Origin: Malacoraja senta
Lineage: Eukaryota
Length of the DNA: 64,000 bases
Assembly: GCA_038087875.1 (NCBI GenBank)
Contig: CM075978.1
Coordinates: 145,204,001-145,268,000 of the forward strand
Reading direction: 5' to 3'
In this document: one piece after another, positions 52,433 through 64,000 of the stretch
How positions within the stretch are numbered: position 1 is the first letter of the stretch
Layout of the letters: every line of letters begins with the position of its first letter
Translations under genes and position numbers: made by a program
The notes under the pieces: generated by a model
What the model was told of the DNA's origin: nothing
Database searches by the model: none
What the model saw: only the letters and a program-made list of their open reading frames with translations

Positions 52433-54393
52433 TTAAAGGGCTTCAAACCACCGTTTAAAACATCGCGTTTAACGATGACGTCATCAGCGCGACGACCAGA
52501 AGCTCATGTAAGGTTTTTAAAAACAATCCCGATTTCTGGACCCGTTTTACACGATAAATCGTGAAGTTTTTCGGGAGAGGAGCTAGGTGCACGTCTGTTA
52601 GTCTAACATGGCGCCACCGGAAGTCAAAATGGGTGAAGTTTTGGTTTGGGATCCTTCCTCAGACTGAAAATAGAGGCGAGGGAACTCGATGTAAGAAAAG
52701 GCCAGAACAAAGCAGGGACAGCCACAGATGACCAAAGAATGGTGAAGCCCATAATGGCCCATTGTTGGCTGGGGAAGAGGTGATAACGAAGCGATATAAG
52801 GATGCGGGCAGTGGAACGAGTAGGACAACTAGGGAGGGGGGGGGGGATGGGTGGAGAGGGAATGCAAAGGCGACCTGAAATTAGAGAAATTAATGTTCAT
52901 ACCGCTGGGTTGTAAGCTGCCCATGCAAAATATGAGGTGCCGTTCCTCCACTGACAGAATGAGGCCACATGTAAATTGAAGGAATAGCACATCATATTTT
53001 GCATGAGCAGCTTACAACCCAGTGGTATGAATCCCTTGCTCAGTTATAGCAGACAATCGACAATAACAGATACCATTTCCCCCCCACCCCCCATGGTCCG
53101 CTATAACGAGAATTATCTGTATTTTTCTATCAATCTCTATTAGGTTGTGATCTCCTTTTACACAGCACTGTATTAATTACTGAGTTTTTAAAGAATACAT
53201 ACTGTTATTATACACCTTATTATGTATTACAAGCCTTTTATTTATTACTGAGTCATTACAAGCATTTTATTAATTGTTTTGTTCTATTTTTGTGCAACGT
53301 CAAGATCTGCAAAGTGTTCAAGGCCAGAATAATTTTGAACACGAGAAAGACAGCTCTTGAAGGAATACATTTTTAGTCAATTAAATTTGTCACCAAATTT
53401 GGGATTTGGTTACAAGGCATCTGAGCCATTATTTTAATATTACTATTAAAGGTAGGCTATTTAAAAAGTACATGATTTGTTTACATTGATATCCAAATAA
53501 TCAGATTTTTGAGGACTCACTCTCGATCTGAAATGTTACATATTTCTAGGAGATATGGTTAAATTTTAGGAGATGTGGTTAAATTCCAGGGCAATGTTGA
53601 AGGTAGGCCCATGTAATGTAACTTTTACCTTTTGTTTCAGTATTACGAATAAATGTTCTGATGTTTGAAATGAATACTGCCAAGCATATAGATACAAACC
53701 ATAGCCCTGCCACCATGAATACTAACCCAGGTCATATTAATTAAAGCTGGGTCTAACAAATCTGGGCCAATCTCAGTCTTGTGGATTGGAGGGTAGCTAA
53801 TGTTATCCCACTTTTCAAGAAAGGAGCGAGAGAGAAAATGGGGAATTATAGACCAGTTAGCCTGACATCGGTGGTGGGGAAGATGCTGGAGTCGGTTATT
53901 AAAGAAGTAATAACGGTGCATTTGGATAGCATTAAAAGGATTGGTCCAAGTCAGCATGGATTTATTATTTTTATTTTTTTTTATTTTATTTTTTAAATTT
54001 TTATTTATTAGAAGTACATTACATTACAACCACATACATTAATACTCGTCATTTATATCTTCTTACAATTAATGTACTCCCTTTATTTATTTTTTTACAC
54101 TAGAAAAGGAAAAGATTGAAAGAAAGAAGAAAGTGAAGGAAAAAGTGCAAGTGTAGAAAAGTGTAGAAAATGTAACAACAAAAAAGGACGAAGACCCTAT
54201 AAGAGCGAAATTAAAAACAAAAAGAAAAAGAGTTAAGAAATAGGCCCTAAGAAAAGAAAAGAGAAAGAGAAAAAAAGAAAAACAAATGTTTTTTTTTTGA
54301 GCATCACGTAAATAGGACATACCAACTCTTCAACTATCATCCCCCCCCTTACCTGACCTCAATTTTTTTATTTTTTTAAAGTACTTTTGCACC

Positions 54394-57300
54394 CTATGTT
54401 TGTAATAATTCTATAAATGCAGACCACGTCAGGTGGAAGTGATCTGGTTTACCTGCTAGGAGGAGTCTTATCTCTTCTAGGTGTAATGTTTCAAACATAT
54501 TTGAAATCCACATATTTATAGTTGGTATTGGAGCCTTCTTCCAAAATTTTAGAATTAGCTTTTTTCCAGTTATTAACCCATAGTCCATTAATTTCTTTTG
54601 AAACACATTTAGTTCTGGATCATCTTCCGTTATTCCGAAGATAATCCATTCTGCTTTGGGTATCAGTCTTGTTTTAAATAACTTTGTAAAGATTTCAAAA
54701 ATTTCATTCCAAAATTTTTGAATTTTTGTACAGAAGACAAATGAGTGCGCTATAGTTGCTTCTTGGGATTGACATTTATCACAAATAGATGATACGTTTG
54801 GGAAAATTTTATGAATTTTAGTTTTTGAATAATATAATCTATGTAAAATTTTAAATTGTATTAAAGTGTGTCTTACATTAATCGAGCATTTATGCACGTT
54901 TAATAAGTATTCATTCCAACTTTCCTTTGAAATTTTAATAGCTAACTCTTGTTCCCAGTCTCTTCTGATACCCTCCGTAGGTGGTATTTGTACATTTAAA
55001 ATAATATTATACAAATATGATATTAAGTTTGCTGATTCCGCTTTTATCTGCATTGCCTCGTCCAATACATCTACTGGATTATTATAATGATCTTTTGTAT
55101 ATTTTTTCAAATAGTCGCATATTTGAAAATATTTAAAATATTGATTATTTCCGAGTTTATATTTTATTTGTAATTGTTGAAATGAAAGTAATTTTCCAGT
55201 TTCATACAAGTCACCAAGCGTTTTAATTCCTAGTCTATCCCATTGTGTATAAGCTTTATCTATAATAGAAGGACTAAACGAAGGGTTATTGACTATAGGT
55301 AATAAAAGTGATAAGTTTCTTAATTTTAAATTTTGTTTTATTTGTTTCCAAATACGGATTGTACTATGAATAATTGGGTTCTTATTATAATTTATGTTAT
55401 TCAGTTTCATTGGAGAGAGGAGGATCGCTCCAATGTTTCTAGAGGAGCAATCCTCTTTCTCCATTACAATCCAGTCTACTTGCTGGGCGGAGTTATCCAT
55501 CAGTTGAATCATGTTTTTAATATTTACTGACCAATAATAATACATAAAATTAGGTAGTGCTAAACCCCCCAATACTTTAGGTTTATTCAGATGGGTTTTT
55601 TGTATTCTATGTGATTTATAGTCCCATATAAAATGAGTGATATCTGAGTCGAGTTTTTTAAAAAACTTCTTAGGTAAGTATATAGGAATTGATTGAAATA
55701 GGTATAAAATTTGTGGTAAAAAGATCATTTTTATTGCGTTTATTCGGCCTATTAAAGACATCGGGAGCGTTTTCCAGAATTTAATTAATGTATTTAGTTT
55801 ATTAAGTAGGGGGTCAAAATTTGCCCTGAACATACCTTGATATGTTCTGGTAATTTCGATTCCCAAATATTTAAATTTTTCTGTGGCTATTTTAAAAGGG
55901 AATTTTAAAAGATGTGTTGAATCTTTCGGTTTTATTGACATAATTTCACTTTTATTCCAATTTATTCTATATCCAGAAAAAGATCCGAAGTCTTCAATTA
56001 AATTTAATATATTTGGTATAGTGATTTGAGGTTTTGTAATATACAATAATATATCATCCACGTATAAAGATATTTTATTATATGAGTCTTTAGTATTATA
56101 TCCATGAATATCAGGGTGTATTCTAATTTTTTCTGCTAGCGGTTCAATAATGAGAGCAAACAGCTGTGGTGATAATGAGCATCCTTGTCTATTTCCCCTT
56201 GATAGTTGAAATTTCGAGGATAATATGTTATTAGTAAGTATTCTAGCTGTAGGTTTGTTATATAGTAACTTAATCCATAAAATAAAATTCTCTCCCAGTT
56301 GAAATTTTTGTAATACTTTATCCATATAATTCCATTCTACTTGATCAAATGCTTTTTCAGCATCCAGCGAAATAATTGATAATTCTTGATCTTCAGATTT
56401 GTGTGAGTGCATTATGTTGAGTAGACGTCTCATATTATTAGAAGAGTATCTCTTAGGGATAAACCCTGTCTGATCTGGGTTTATTAATTTACTAATGTAT
56501 TTACTTAATCTTCTAGCTAATGTTTTCGCTAATATTTTTTGATCTGTGTTTAACAATGCTATAGCTCTATATGAGCCAGGTTCTTCTAAATCTTTATTTT
56601 TCTTAGGTATTAATGTAATCGTTGATTCCGCTAATGTATCAGGTAGTATTCGTTTTTTAAAAGCGTATTGGTACATTTTTTGTAATCTTGGTATTATTTT
56701 ATCATAAAAGCTTTTATAAAATTCATTAGTAAATCCATCAGGGCCTGGTGTTTTTCCATTCTTTAATGAGTTTATTGTATCTTCTAATTCCTTAATTGAG
56801 ATTTGTGCACCCAGTTCCTCTTGTTCCTTCAGCTCTAACTTTGGAAGATTACAGGTATCCAAGAACTTTGTGATATTATTGGAATCAATTATCGTTTTAG
56901 ATGTATACAAATTCTCGTAAAATTGCGCAAATCTTTTATTAATATCCTTCGGTGTTGTTAATAATTCCCCTTTATCTGATTTGATCTTTGGTATAGTATG
57001 TTCCTTTTCTCGTTTTTTTAGCTGGCGAGCCAAAAGTTTATGCGGTTTATCCCCAAATTCAAAGTGCTCTTGTTTTGTAATTTGAAAAAGTCTTATAAGT
57101 TTGGCAGATAATAATTTATTTAATTTAAATTTTAAAATTATTATTTTATTATGTTTATCTATTGATGGATCTTTAGCATTATCTATATCCATTTGTCTAA
57201 TAAGTTCTTCTAACTGTCTTTGTTCATTCTTATTCTTTTTATTTTGAAAAGCTTGATATGAAATTATAATACCCCTAATGTATGCTTTAAAAGATTCCCA

Positions 57301-58185
57301 AAGTAAAGTAGGCGATATATCTGAAGTATCATTTGTTTGAAAAAAGACCTCCATTTGTTCTTTTAAATATATACTCGCTTGTGGATCTTTTAAAATTTGA
57401 GAGTTAAATCTCCAGAATGATATATTCTTAGACAATCCTTCCAGTTTTAAAAAGAAAGTTAGTGGAGAATGATCTGAAATTGAATTTGTATGGTATATTG
57501 CATTAGATGTTTGGGGGATTAATTTTGTATCCAGCAGAAAGTAGTCTATACGTGAGTATGTCTTATGTACCATTGAGTAAAACGAATATTCCCTGCCAGT
57601 TGGATTCACAATTCTCCAAACATCTGCTATATTAGTGTTATTTATATAGGTATTGAGGAGTTCCCCAGTTTTCGATTTCATATTCCCTCTCTGTTTTTGA
57701 CTTGATTTATCTAAGTACGGATCTAAAACACAGTTAAAGTCTCCGCCTATTATAACATTTTGATAGTTTGACTCTGCAATTATATTGAAGATTTTATTGA
57801 AAAAGTGGGGGTTATCAAAGTTAGGGGCATATATATTTACCAAAGTAAGTGGAGTGTCATGGATTTCTCCATTAACTATTAGGTATCTCCCTTCTATATC
57901 TGTTATAATATTCTTTGCTTTAAATGGTATACCTTTTCTTATGATAATTGACGTGCCTCTAGATTTTGAAGTAAATGAAGAATGGTATGTTTGACCTATC
58001 CATTTCGCCCTCAGCCTAACTTGATCCTGAGGTTTTAGGTGTGTTTCTTGTAGGAAGGTAATGTCAGAATTGTACATTTTTAGCTGAGCTAATATCTTAC
58101 CCCTTTTGATAGGTTCGTTAATACCTCTTATATTCCAACTACAAAATGAGATTCCTCCTAGGTTCTTTTGTGTGGTGTCATGCAT
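54394..58185 (-). CDS. L1 ORF2p (APE, RT, C-terminal Cys/His domain), 1263 aa
   Basis: SWNIRG, FLQETH, GGDFN, SRIDY, SDH, KTPGPDGF, LDAEKAFD, RQGCSLSP, YVDD, CDKC...H...C. Confidence 0.96.
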   Translation of the reverse strand: MHDTTQKNLGGISFCSWNIRGINEPIKRGKILAQLKMYNSDITFLQETHLKPQDQVRLRAKWIGQTYHSSFTSKSRGTSIIIRKGIPFKAKNIITDIEGRYLIVNGEIHDTPLTLVNIYAPNFDNPHFFNKIFNIIAESNYQNVIIGGDFNCVLDPYLDKSSQKQRGNMKSKTGELLNTYINNTNIADVWRIVNPTGREYSFYSMVHKTYSRIDYFLLDTKLIPQTSNAIYHTNSISDHSPLTFFLKLEGLSKNISFWRFNSQILKDPQASIYLKEQMEVFFQTNDTSDISPTLLWESFKAYIRGIIISYQAFQNKKNKNEQRQLEELIRQMDIDNAKDPSIDKHNKIIILKFKLNKLLSAKLIRLFQITKQEHFEFGDKPHKLLARQLKKREKEHTIPKIKSDKGELLTTPKDINKRFAQFYENLYTSKTIIDSNNITKFLDTCNLPKLELKEQEELGAQISIKELEDTINSLKNGKTPGPDGFTNEFYKSFYDKIIPRLQKMYQYAFKKRILPDTLAESTITLIPKKNKDLEEPGSYRAIALLNTDQKILAKTLARRLSKYISKLINPDQTGFIPKRYSSNNMRRLLNIMHSHKSEDQELSIISLDAEKAFDQVEWNYMDKVLQKFQLGENFILWIKLLYNKPTARILTNNILSSKFQLSRGNRQGCSLSPQLFALIIEPLAEKIRIHPDIHGYNTKDSYNKISLYVDDILLYITKPQITIPNILNLIEDFGSFSGYRINWNKSEIMSIKPKDSTHLLKFPFKIATEKFKYLGIEITRTYQGMFRANFDPLLNKLNTLIKFWKTLPMSLIGRINAIKMIFLPQILYLFQSIPIYLPKKFFKKLDSDITHFIWDYKSHRIQKTHLNKPKVLGGLALPNFMYYYWSVNIKNMIQLMDNSAQQVDWIVMEKEDCSSRNIGAILLSPMKLNNINYNKNPIIHSTIRIWKQIKQNLKLRNLSLLLPIVNNPSFSPSIIDKAYTQWDRLGIKTLGDLYETGKLLSFQQLQIKYKLGNNQYFKYFQICDYLKKYTKDHYNNPVDVLDEAMQIKAESANLISYLYNIILNVQIPPTEGIRRDWEQELAIKISKESWNEYLLNVHKCSINVRHTLIQFKILHRLYYSKTKIHKIFPNVSSICDKCQSQEATIAHSFVFCTKIQKFWNEIFEIFTKLFKTRLIPKAEWIIFGITEDDPELNVFQKKLMDYGLITGKKLILKFWKKAPIPTINMWISNMFETLHLEEIRLLLAGKPDHFHLTWSAFIELLQT

Positions 58186-58989
58186 TTTGAATAATTATAG
58201 TACCTTTGAATCTTGTGGTGCGTCCATGTCCCAGGTCTTTAGGTATTGGGGGAGTTTTTGAATTATTAACTTTTGCTGGTATGTCCATTTTACTCTTATC
58301 ACTAAACACAAAACACAAACAAGTGATTTTATGTGGTAAAAAAAAAACTAAAAAAGTGAGGCTACAGTGTCTGATATAGTCAGCACTGTAGCGAGTGTCC
58401 CACCTGTAGGTGGGAAAAAACCTTGTTTTGACTTCCATTGCGTTGTTACTCAAATAGCTCCGCTCTCTTAGTTAATCATAACATATTAAAATATTAAAAC
58501 GAGGCCTCACATTCAGATATATAATACAATTTTACCCTGATATTTCCTTATAACATATATATATATCGGAGTTTAATTATTAAACCAATATTTTTGATTT
58601 CAATAAGAATCAACTGTTGGTTGAAGGGGTTAACGAGATGTGCTCCTGGACATAAGCCAGGAGCTCGTTTCTCATCCCCTCCTCCCGCTTATAGATAAGG
58701 TTACAATTTATTAAAAATTCATATTAGTATGTTAGTTCATTATTTTGTTTTTGTTGTTAGTATTCTAATCTAACCTGCATAACTTGTTAAGTTGTTAATA
58801 GGATAAGTTCTTACAATTGGTTATAATATTTTAATCAATAAGCAATTATTTTCTGATGTATATTCCAACTGTTTAGTTGTTTACACGTTTTGAACAGAAT
58901 GTCCTTGATTCAACATTCCAGAGATAACAGTGTAACTATCCCCAGACAAAACATTGCTGAGAATGGTTCGGATCTGCCAAAACTCCCTT

Positions 58990-60060
58990 TCATTTCTGTT
59001 TTTCAACGATCGTTTGGGCATATTTGAATGCGTCTTCAGGCTTAACAAATGACTTTTCAAGACCATTAAAGGAAATACGCATTTTCGCGGGATAAAAAAC
59101 CCAAAATCTGACCCCTTCTCTCCCTCTTAAAAGATCTTTAACCTTATCAAATTTGTTTCTTTTTTGCACAATTTCATACGGGTAGTCCCTGAATATCTTA
59201 ATAGTGTCCTTGTCCAGCCGCAATTGTACACCATATTTGATTTTGCTCATAACATATTCCAGTTCTGCAGTATCTCGAAATTTCACTATAATATGTCGTG
59301 GATAAGCTTTTCCCGCACCAGATCTTTTTCCAAATCTTGGGACACGATGAGCCACTTCGATTTTCGGTTCCTTGGAAAGATTCAACAGTTGTTTCAACAA
59401 GCCCATGGCAAATTCACGTACCTGTTCCGCTTCTGCCCCCTCTGAAACACCAAGAATTCTCAAATTCTGTCGTCTAGAGCGAGCTTCCAGGTCCAGGCAT
59501 TTGACTGAGACTTTCTCTAATTGAGTCCCCATTTGTAGTGACGCTTGTTCGTTTTCTCGCCTCATTTGCTCATGTTCTTGCCTCAATTTCGCCATGTCTT
59601 CAACCAGTCGAGCCGTGCTTTTCTCCAATTCCGTAATTGTGTGCATACTTGCAGCTACTGTTTCAAGTACAGCCGTGAACTTATCCGTAGTAATTACATC
59701 CATCTTATCCATTTTCTCTGATAGTCCATCTTTCACCTCATCAATTCGTTTATTCATAATGTCCAGTAAATCCATCATATTCTTCTGGTTACCAGCATTT
59801 AAATCCTTCATCATCTTCTCCATTCCTTCCATCATTTTTGCCGTATTTTCCTTCATTTCCTTCTTATCTTCCACCCTATTATCCGAAATCTCATCTTTCA
59901 AATTTTTCATTGATTTCTTCAAGTCATCAAAGTCTTTCTTAGATCTTGTATCCATTTCTGCAGCCACTTCAGAGACTTCAGAGGTAACTTCTGCTTCAGA
60001 CTTTTTCAGCAGCGTTTTCACTGCTCTCTGAGGGCTCACAGCTGGAGACAATTTACTCAT
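58990..60060 (-). CDS. L1 ORF1p, copy B, 356 aa
   Basis: Same motifs as copy A ORF1. Confidence 0.93.
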   Translation of the reverse strand: MSKLSPAVSPQRAVKTLLKKSEAEVTSEVSEVAAEMDTRSKKDFDDLKKSMKNLKDEISDNRVEDKKEMKENTAKMMEGMEKMMKDLNAGNQKNMMDLLDIMNKRIDEVKDGLSEKMDKMDVITTDKFTAVLETVAASMHTITELEKSTARLVEDMAKLRQEHEQMRRENEQASLQMGTQLEKVSVKCLDLEARSRRQNLRILGVSEGAEAEQVREFAMGLLKQLLNLSKEPKIEVAHRVPRFGKRSGAGKAYPRHIIVKFRDTAELEYVMSKIKYGVQLRLDKDTIKIFRDYPYEIVQKRNKFDKVKDLLRGREGVRFWVFYPAKMRISFNGLEKSFVKPEDAFKYAQTIVEKQK

Positions 60061-63000
60061 TTAAAGGGCTTCAAACCACCGTTTAAAACATCGCGTTTAA
60101 CGATGACGTCATCAGCGCGGTAACCAGAAACTCCGGTAAGGTTTTTAAAAACAATCCCGATTTCTGGACCCGTTTTACACGATAAATCGTGAAGTTTTTC
60201 GGGAGAGGAGCTAGGTGCACGTCTGTAGTCCAACATGACGCCACCAGAGTCCGTCAGCATGGATTTATGAAGGGGAAATCCTGCTTGACTAACCTTCTGG
60301 AATGTGACAAGTAAAATGGATGAAGGAGCGCCAGTGGATGTAGTGTATCTGGAGTTTCAGAAAGCCTTTGATAAGGTCCCACACAGGAGACTAGTGGGCA
60401 AAATAGTGGTATTGGGGGTAGGGTATTGACATGGATAGAGAATTGGTTGGCAGACAGGAAACAAAGTGTAGGAATAAACGGATCCCTGTCAGAATGGCAG
60501 GCAGTGGCGAGTGGAGTGCGGCAAGGTTGGTGCTGGGGCCGCAACTATTTACAATATACAGTATATTAATGATTTAGATGATGGAACTATAAGTAACACT
60601 CGCAAATTTGCAGATGACACAAAGCTGGGTGGCAGTGTGCGAAGAGGATGCAGGAGGTTGCAGGGTGACTTGGACGGGTTGAGTAAGTGGGCAGGTGCAT
60701 GGCAGATGCAGTATAATGCAGATAAATGTGAGGTTATTCACTTTGGCGGCAAGAACAAGGAGGCAGATTATTAGCTCAATGGTGTCAGATTAGGAAAAAG
60801 GGAAGTGCAACGAGACCTGGGTGTTCTTGTACACCAGGCACTGAAAGTAAACATGCAGGGTACAGCAGGCAGTAAAGAATGCTAATGGCATGTTGACCTT
60901 CATAACGAGAGGATTTGAGTATAGGAGTAAAGAGGTCCTTCTGCAGTTGTTACAGGGCCCTGGTGAGACCACATCTGGAGTATTGTGTGCAGTTTGGTTA
61001 CCTAATTTGAGGAAGGACATGCTTGCTATTGAGGGAGTGCAGCGTAGGTTCACAAGGTTAATCCTCGGGATGGCGGGACTGTCATATGTGGAAAGACTGG
61101 CTTGTATTCACTGGAATTTAGAAGGATGAGAGGGAATCTTATAGGAAACATATAAAATTATAAAAGGAATGGACAAGCTAGATGCAAAAAAAAAATTCCC
61201 GATGTTGGGGGAGTCCAGAACCAGGGGCCACTGTCTAAGAATAAAGGGGAGGCCATTTAAAACTGAGATGAGAAAAAACTTTTCACCCAGAGAGTTATGA
61301 ATTTGTGGAATTCTCTGCCACAGAAGGCAGTGGAGGTCAATTCACTGGATGAATTTAAAACAGTTAGATTAGAGCTCTAGGGGCTAATGGAATCAAAGGA
61401 TATGGGGAGAAGGCAGGCACGGGTTACTGATTGTGGATGATCAGCCATGATTACAATGAATGACGGTGCTGGCTCGAAGGGCCTGAATGGCCTCCTCCTG
61501 CACCTATTGTCTATGTTTCTATGTTTGTGTGTGGCAGAAATAATGAGCAACTCTGCCTGAATCGGACAGCATCAAATTAGAAAACTGTTTTTAATGATTT
61601 GCGCAGGAAATGGAAAATTAATTCCCGTTCTGTTACTGTATGAGATGGTGTTTATGATCTTCAGTTTGATGTCCTTTTTTTAGGTTTGTGTAAAAGCATT
61701 TTTATATTATCTTTAACTTTATAAAATACCTGGTCAAGAATAATATTAGTATAAATAAAGCATCATTCACTCCTCCGCACTGCTGTCTCATTTTAAATGA
61801 TCATAAAAGTTTTTATTTTCTTTGACAAAAATTTGAAACTTAAAGAAAAGTCTTTAACTTGAAACTACATTTTTGTCTTATTACTTTGAAATCTTTAAAT
61901 GGTCTCAAATCTTGATGCTTAATCATAGCTAGAAATGCAGCCTGTGCATTTAAAAGAGAAGATCGCAAGATTTCCCACGAGAAACAGTCCATTTTAGTAA
62001 TTCTTGAGGCCTTACACGGGAAGTTGAGGTTTGCAGTCTATGATGAAGTAGAGGTAAACAAGACACAGAGAGAGGCACTGAAGCGAAATATGGATTTGTA
62101 TGTGTTGGCAGGTGCAATTTCTGGTTATGCATATGACTGTTTCAGGAAGCATGTTAACCAAAGAAAACAGGTCACTGCTGGGTCACAGCGATAAATGATA
62201 AAAAGTGTCTTAGACAGTTTGTTCTTTTTCCGCCTGTTTTATTTGTACAAATATTACACAACGGCCAAATAATGATTGGTGTTCTGGTGTCAACTGAGAC
62301 TTTGGATATCTCCAAATACATTTTCAGTTAAGNNNNNNNNNNNNNNNNNNNNNNNNNNNNNNNNNNNNNNNNNNNNNNNNNNNNNNNNNNNNNNNNNNNN
62401 NNNNNNNNNNNNNNNNNNNNNNNNNNNNNNNNNNNNNNNNNNNNNNNNNNNNNNNNNNNNNNNNNNNNNNNNNNNNNNNNNNNNNNNNNNNNNNNNNNNN
62501 NNNNNNNNNNNNNNNNNNNNNNNNNNNNNNNNAACAAACTGCCCTGAAGTCATTTTCACCCCAATATTTTCAGCTTCCTCTCAGCTGGGACTTTATCGGA
62601 ATGCAACTCCGATAACTATATATTTAAGCAATAATATTCTTTCATGTGATCTTGAGAGTAAATAATATTTTCTGTGGTATTCATAACACAACAATGATAA
62701 AAAAAAAGATCTTTGTTTTGATTGCACCTACCAACATGCATACATTATTATATTACAGTTAATATATACCGAGGGCAATTTTTTGTTCCAATACTCCCCA
62801 TTCCCAATTACTTTTACATTGAAGTGATTGAAATTCAAGTAAAGTTTAAATAGCATCAGAAAAATAAAACCTCCGGAATGGATGATATTCATTACGTGGT
62901 TGGTTGGAGTCAGTATCAGCACAATTACTATATTAAAATTTGAATCTTCAGATGTCCTGGTTCAAGCCAAATCTAAAGACAAATAATAACCTCCTCACAC

Positions 63001-63602
63001 ATTCCCCTGCAAGTATTGGTCACTCTTTTAAAATATGCCTCTTCTTTGAACAAGCTCTTAAACATCGTATCTGAATCAGTTTCCATCTGATTACACTCCT
63101 TGAGGATGTTCATCTATGTGTTCAATTAATAAATCAATGAGAATGGATACATTTCTATTCAACCTGTCAAAGGAATTGGGGGGGAGGGGGGTTAGAAATA
63201 GTGAGGTAAACAAACATAATAGTTCAGTGGCAAATGACAATAGAGCTATCTTCCCAATATTTAACGAAATAAGGGTTTATCGGGGCTGTACGTTGTGACA
63301 GACAGCCTGACACCTTGCATGTCATTTTAATATTACACTTATCCCATCCCCCTGGATATTCCAGATTAATAAATTAAGGTTTTGTCAACTAATTACAAAT
63401 CAAGCTAATTACAAATCAATAACATTGGCCAACTCCGAAACACAAAGAGCTGAGCATTGGGATCCAGACATCAGTGATCCCTGGCCTTCAGGGTACCTGT
63501 CGAAGCAGTGGAGTGACTGAGTAGGGGGAGGGTGTGGGAGGAGGGTGCCCCCCCTCCCACGGTAGGGACTTTTTGAAATTTGATGTATTAAAATCATGTT
63601 TT

Positions 63603-63815
63603 TAAAGGGTGGTGGGTGTATGGAACAAGCTGCCAGCGGAGATAGTTGAGGCATGGACTATCCCAACATTTAAGAAACAGTTAGACTGATACATGGATAG
63701 GACAGGTTTGGAGGGATATGGACCAAAAGCAGGTAGAGTAGCTGGTACATGTTGGCGGGTGTGGGCAAGTAGGGACGAAGGGCCCGAATTCACACTGTAT
63801 CACTCTATGACTACA
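63603..63815 (+). mobile_element. CR1/HER1 3' fragment
   Basis: GGGTGGTGGGTGTATGGAAC...GAAGGGCC...CTGTATCACTCTATGA; another reverse CR1 tail runs from 63882 to the window end. Confidence 0.65.
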
Positions 63816-64000
63816 TTATACCTCCACCATGCATGAATGCTTCAAAATCAAGTGGTCGAGTTTTATTGCCAAATACTCAAGCATAGAAACATAGAGAATA
63901 GGTGCAGGAATAGGCCATTTGACCCTTCGAGCCAGCACTACCATTCAATATGATCATGGCTGTTCATCTAAAATCAGTACCTCTTTCCTGCTTTTTCCCC

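Larger units (their letters stand above)
45531..52625 (-). mobile_element. Full-length L1 copy A (ORF1 intact, ORF2 disrupted)
   Basis: Poly(A) tail read as T run 45531-45554; TSD AAAATGGGTGAAGTTT at 45515-45530 and 52626-52641; inserted in a Penelope repeat (45462-45530 and 52626-53035). Confidence 0.95.
53966..60252 (-). mobile_element. Full-length L1 copy B with both ORFs intact
   Basis: TSD GTCAGCATGGATTTAT at 53950-53965 and 60253-60268; A-rich tail; about 190-bp 5'UTR and about 800-bp inter-ORF spacer. Confidence 0.96.
53781..61525 (+). mobile_element. 5'-truncated decayed CR1/HER1, split by L1 copy B (53781-53965 and 60253-61525)
   Basis: DWRVANVIPLFKKG...SQHGF continues after the L1 with GKSCLTNL, KFADDT and the CR1 3'UTR. 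Confidence 0.9.

Noticed and set aside
45531-60252. Segmental duplication or twin-priming explanation for the L1 pair and inversion
   Set aside because: Distinct TSDs and host repeats; the inverted piece is a different subfamily with its own tail.
1-64000. CRISPR arrays, prokaryotic operons, rRNA genes
   Set aside because: No regularly spaced repeat-spacer array or rRNA signature; the content is vertebrate transposable elements.

Overview
Repeat-dominated vertebrate genomic DNA with three assembly gaps (3171-3573, 10078-10240, 62333-62532). The CR1/HER1-type LINEs and HE1-like V-SINEs point to a cartilaginous fish, probably a skate or ray (inference). I found no recognisable host protein-coding gene. 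All long ORFs belong to retrotransposons: an intact CR1 ORF2 (261-3059); a full-length L1 with both ORFs intact and 16-bp TSDs (53966-60252); and a sister full-length L1 (45531-52625) interrupted by an opposite-strand L1 of another subfamily that replaced about 915 bp of it. Also present are a decayed L1 (about 20.7-26.3 kb), several Rex1/Babar LINEs, the 3' end of a Gypsy element with PPT and LTR, four PIF/Harbinger-type non-autonomous elements with 3-bp TSDs, a probable non-autonomous Helitron, and many Penelope-like fragments. The most notable signals are minimal hammerhead-ribozyme-like cores in the Penelope repeats, the nested young L1 cluster, an unexplained 73-bp duplicated island (16460 and 34833), and a divergent pair of CTCF-like motifs. 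I cannot support a claim of a wholly new biological system. Boundaries of decayed repeats are approximate.
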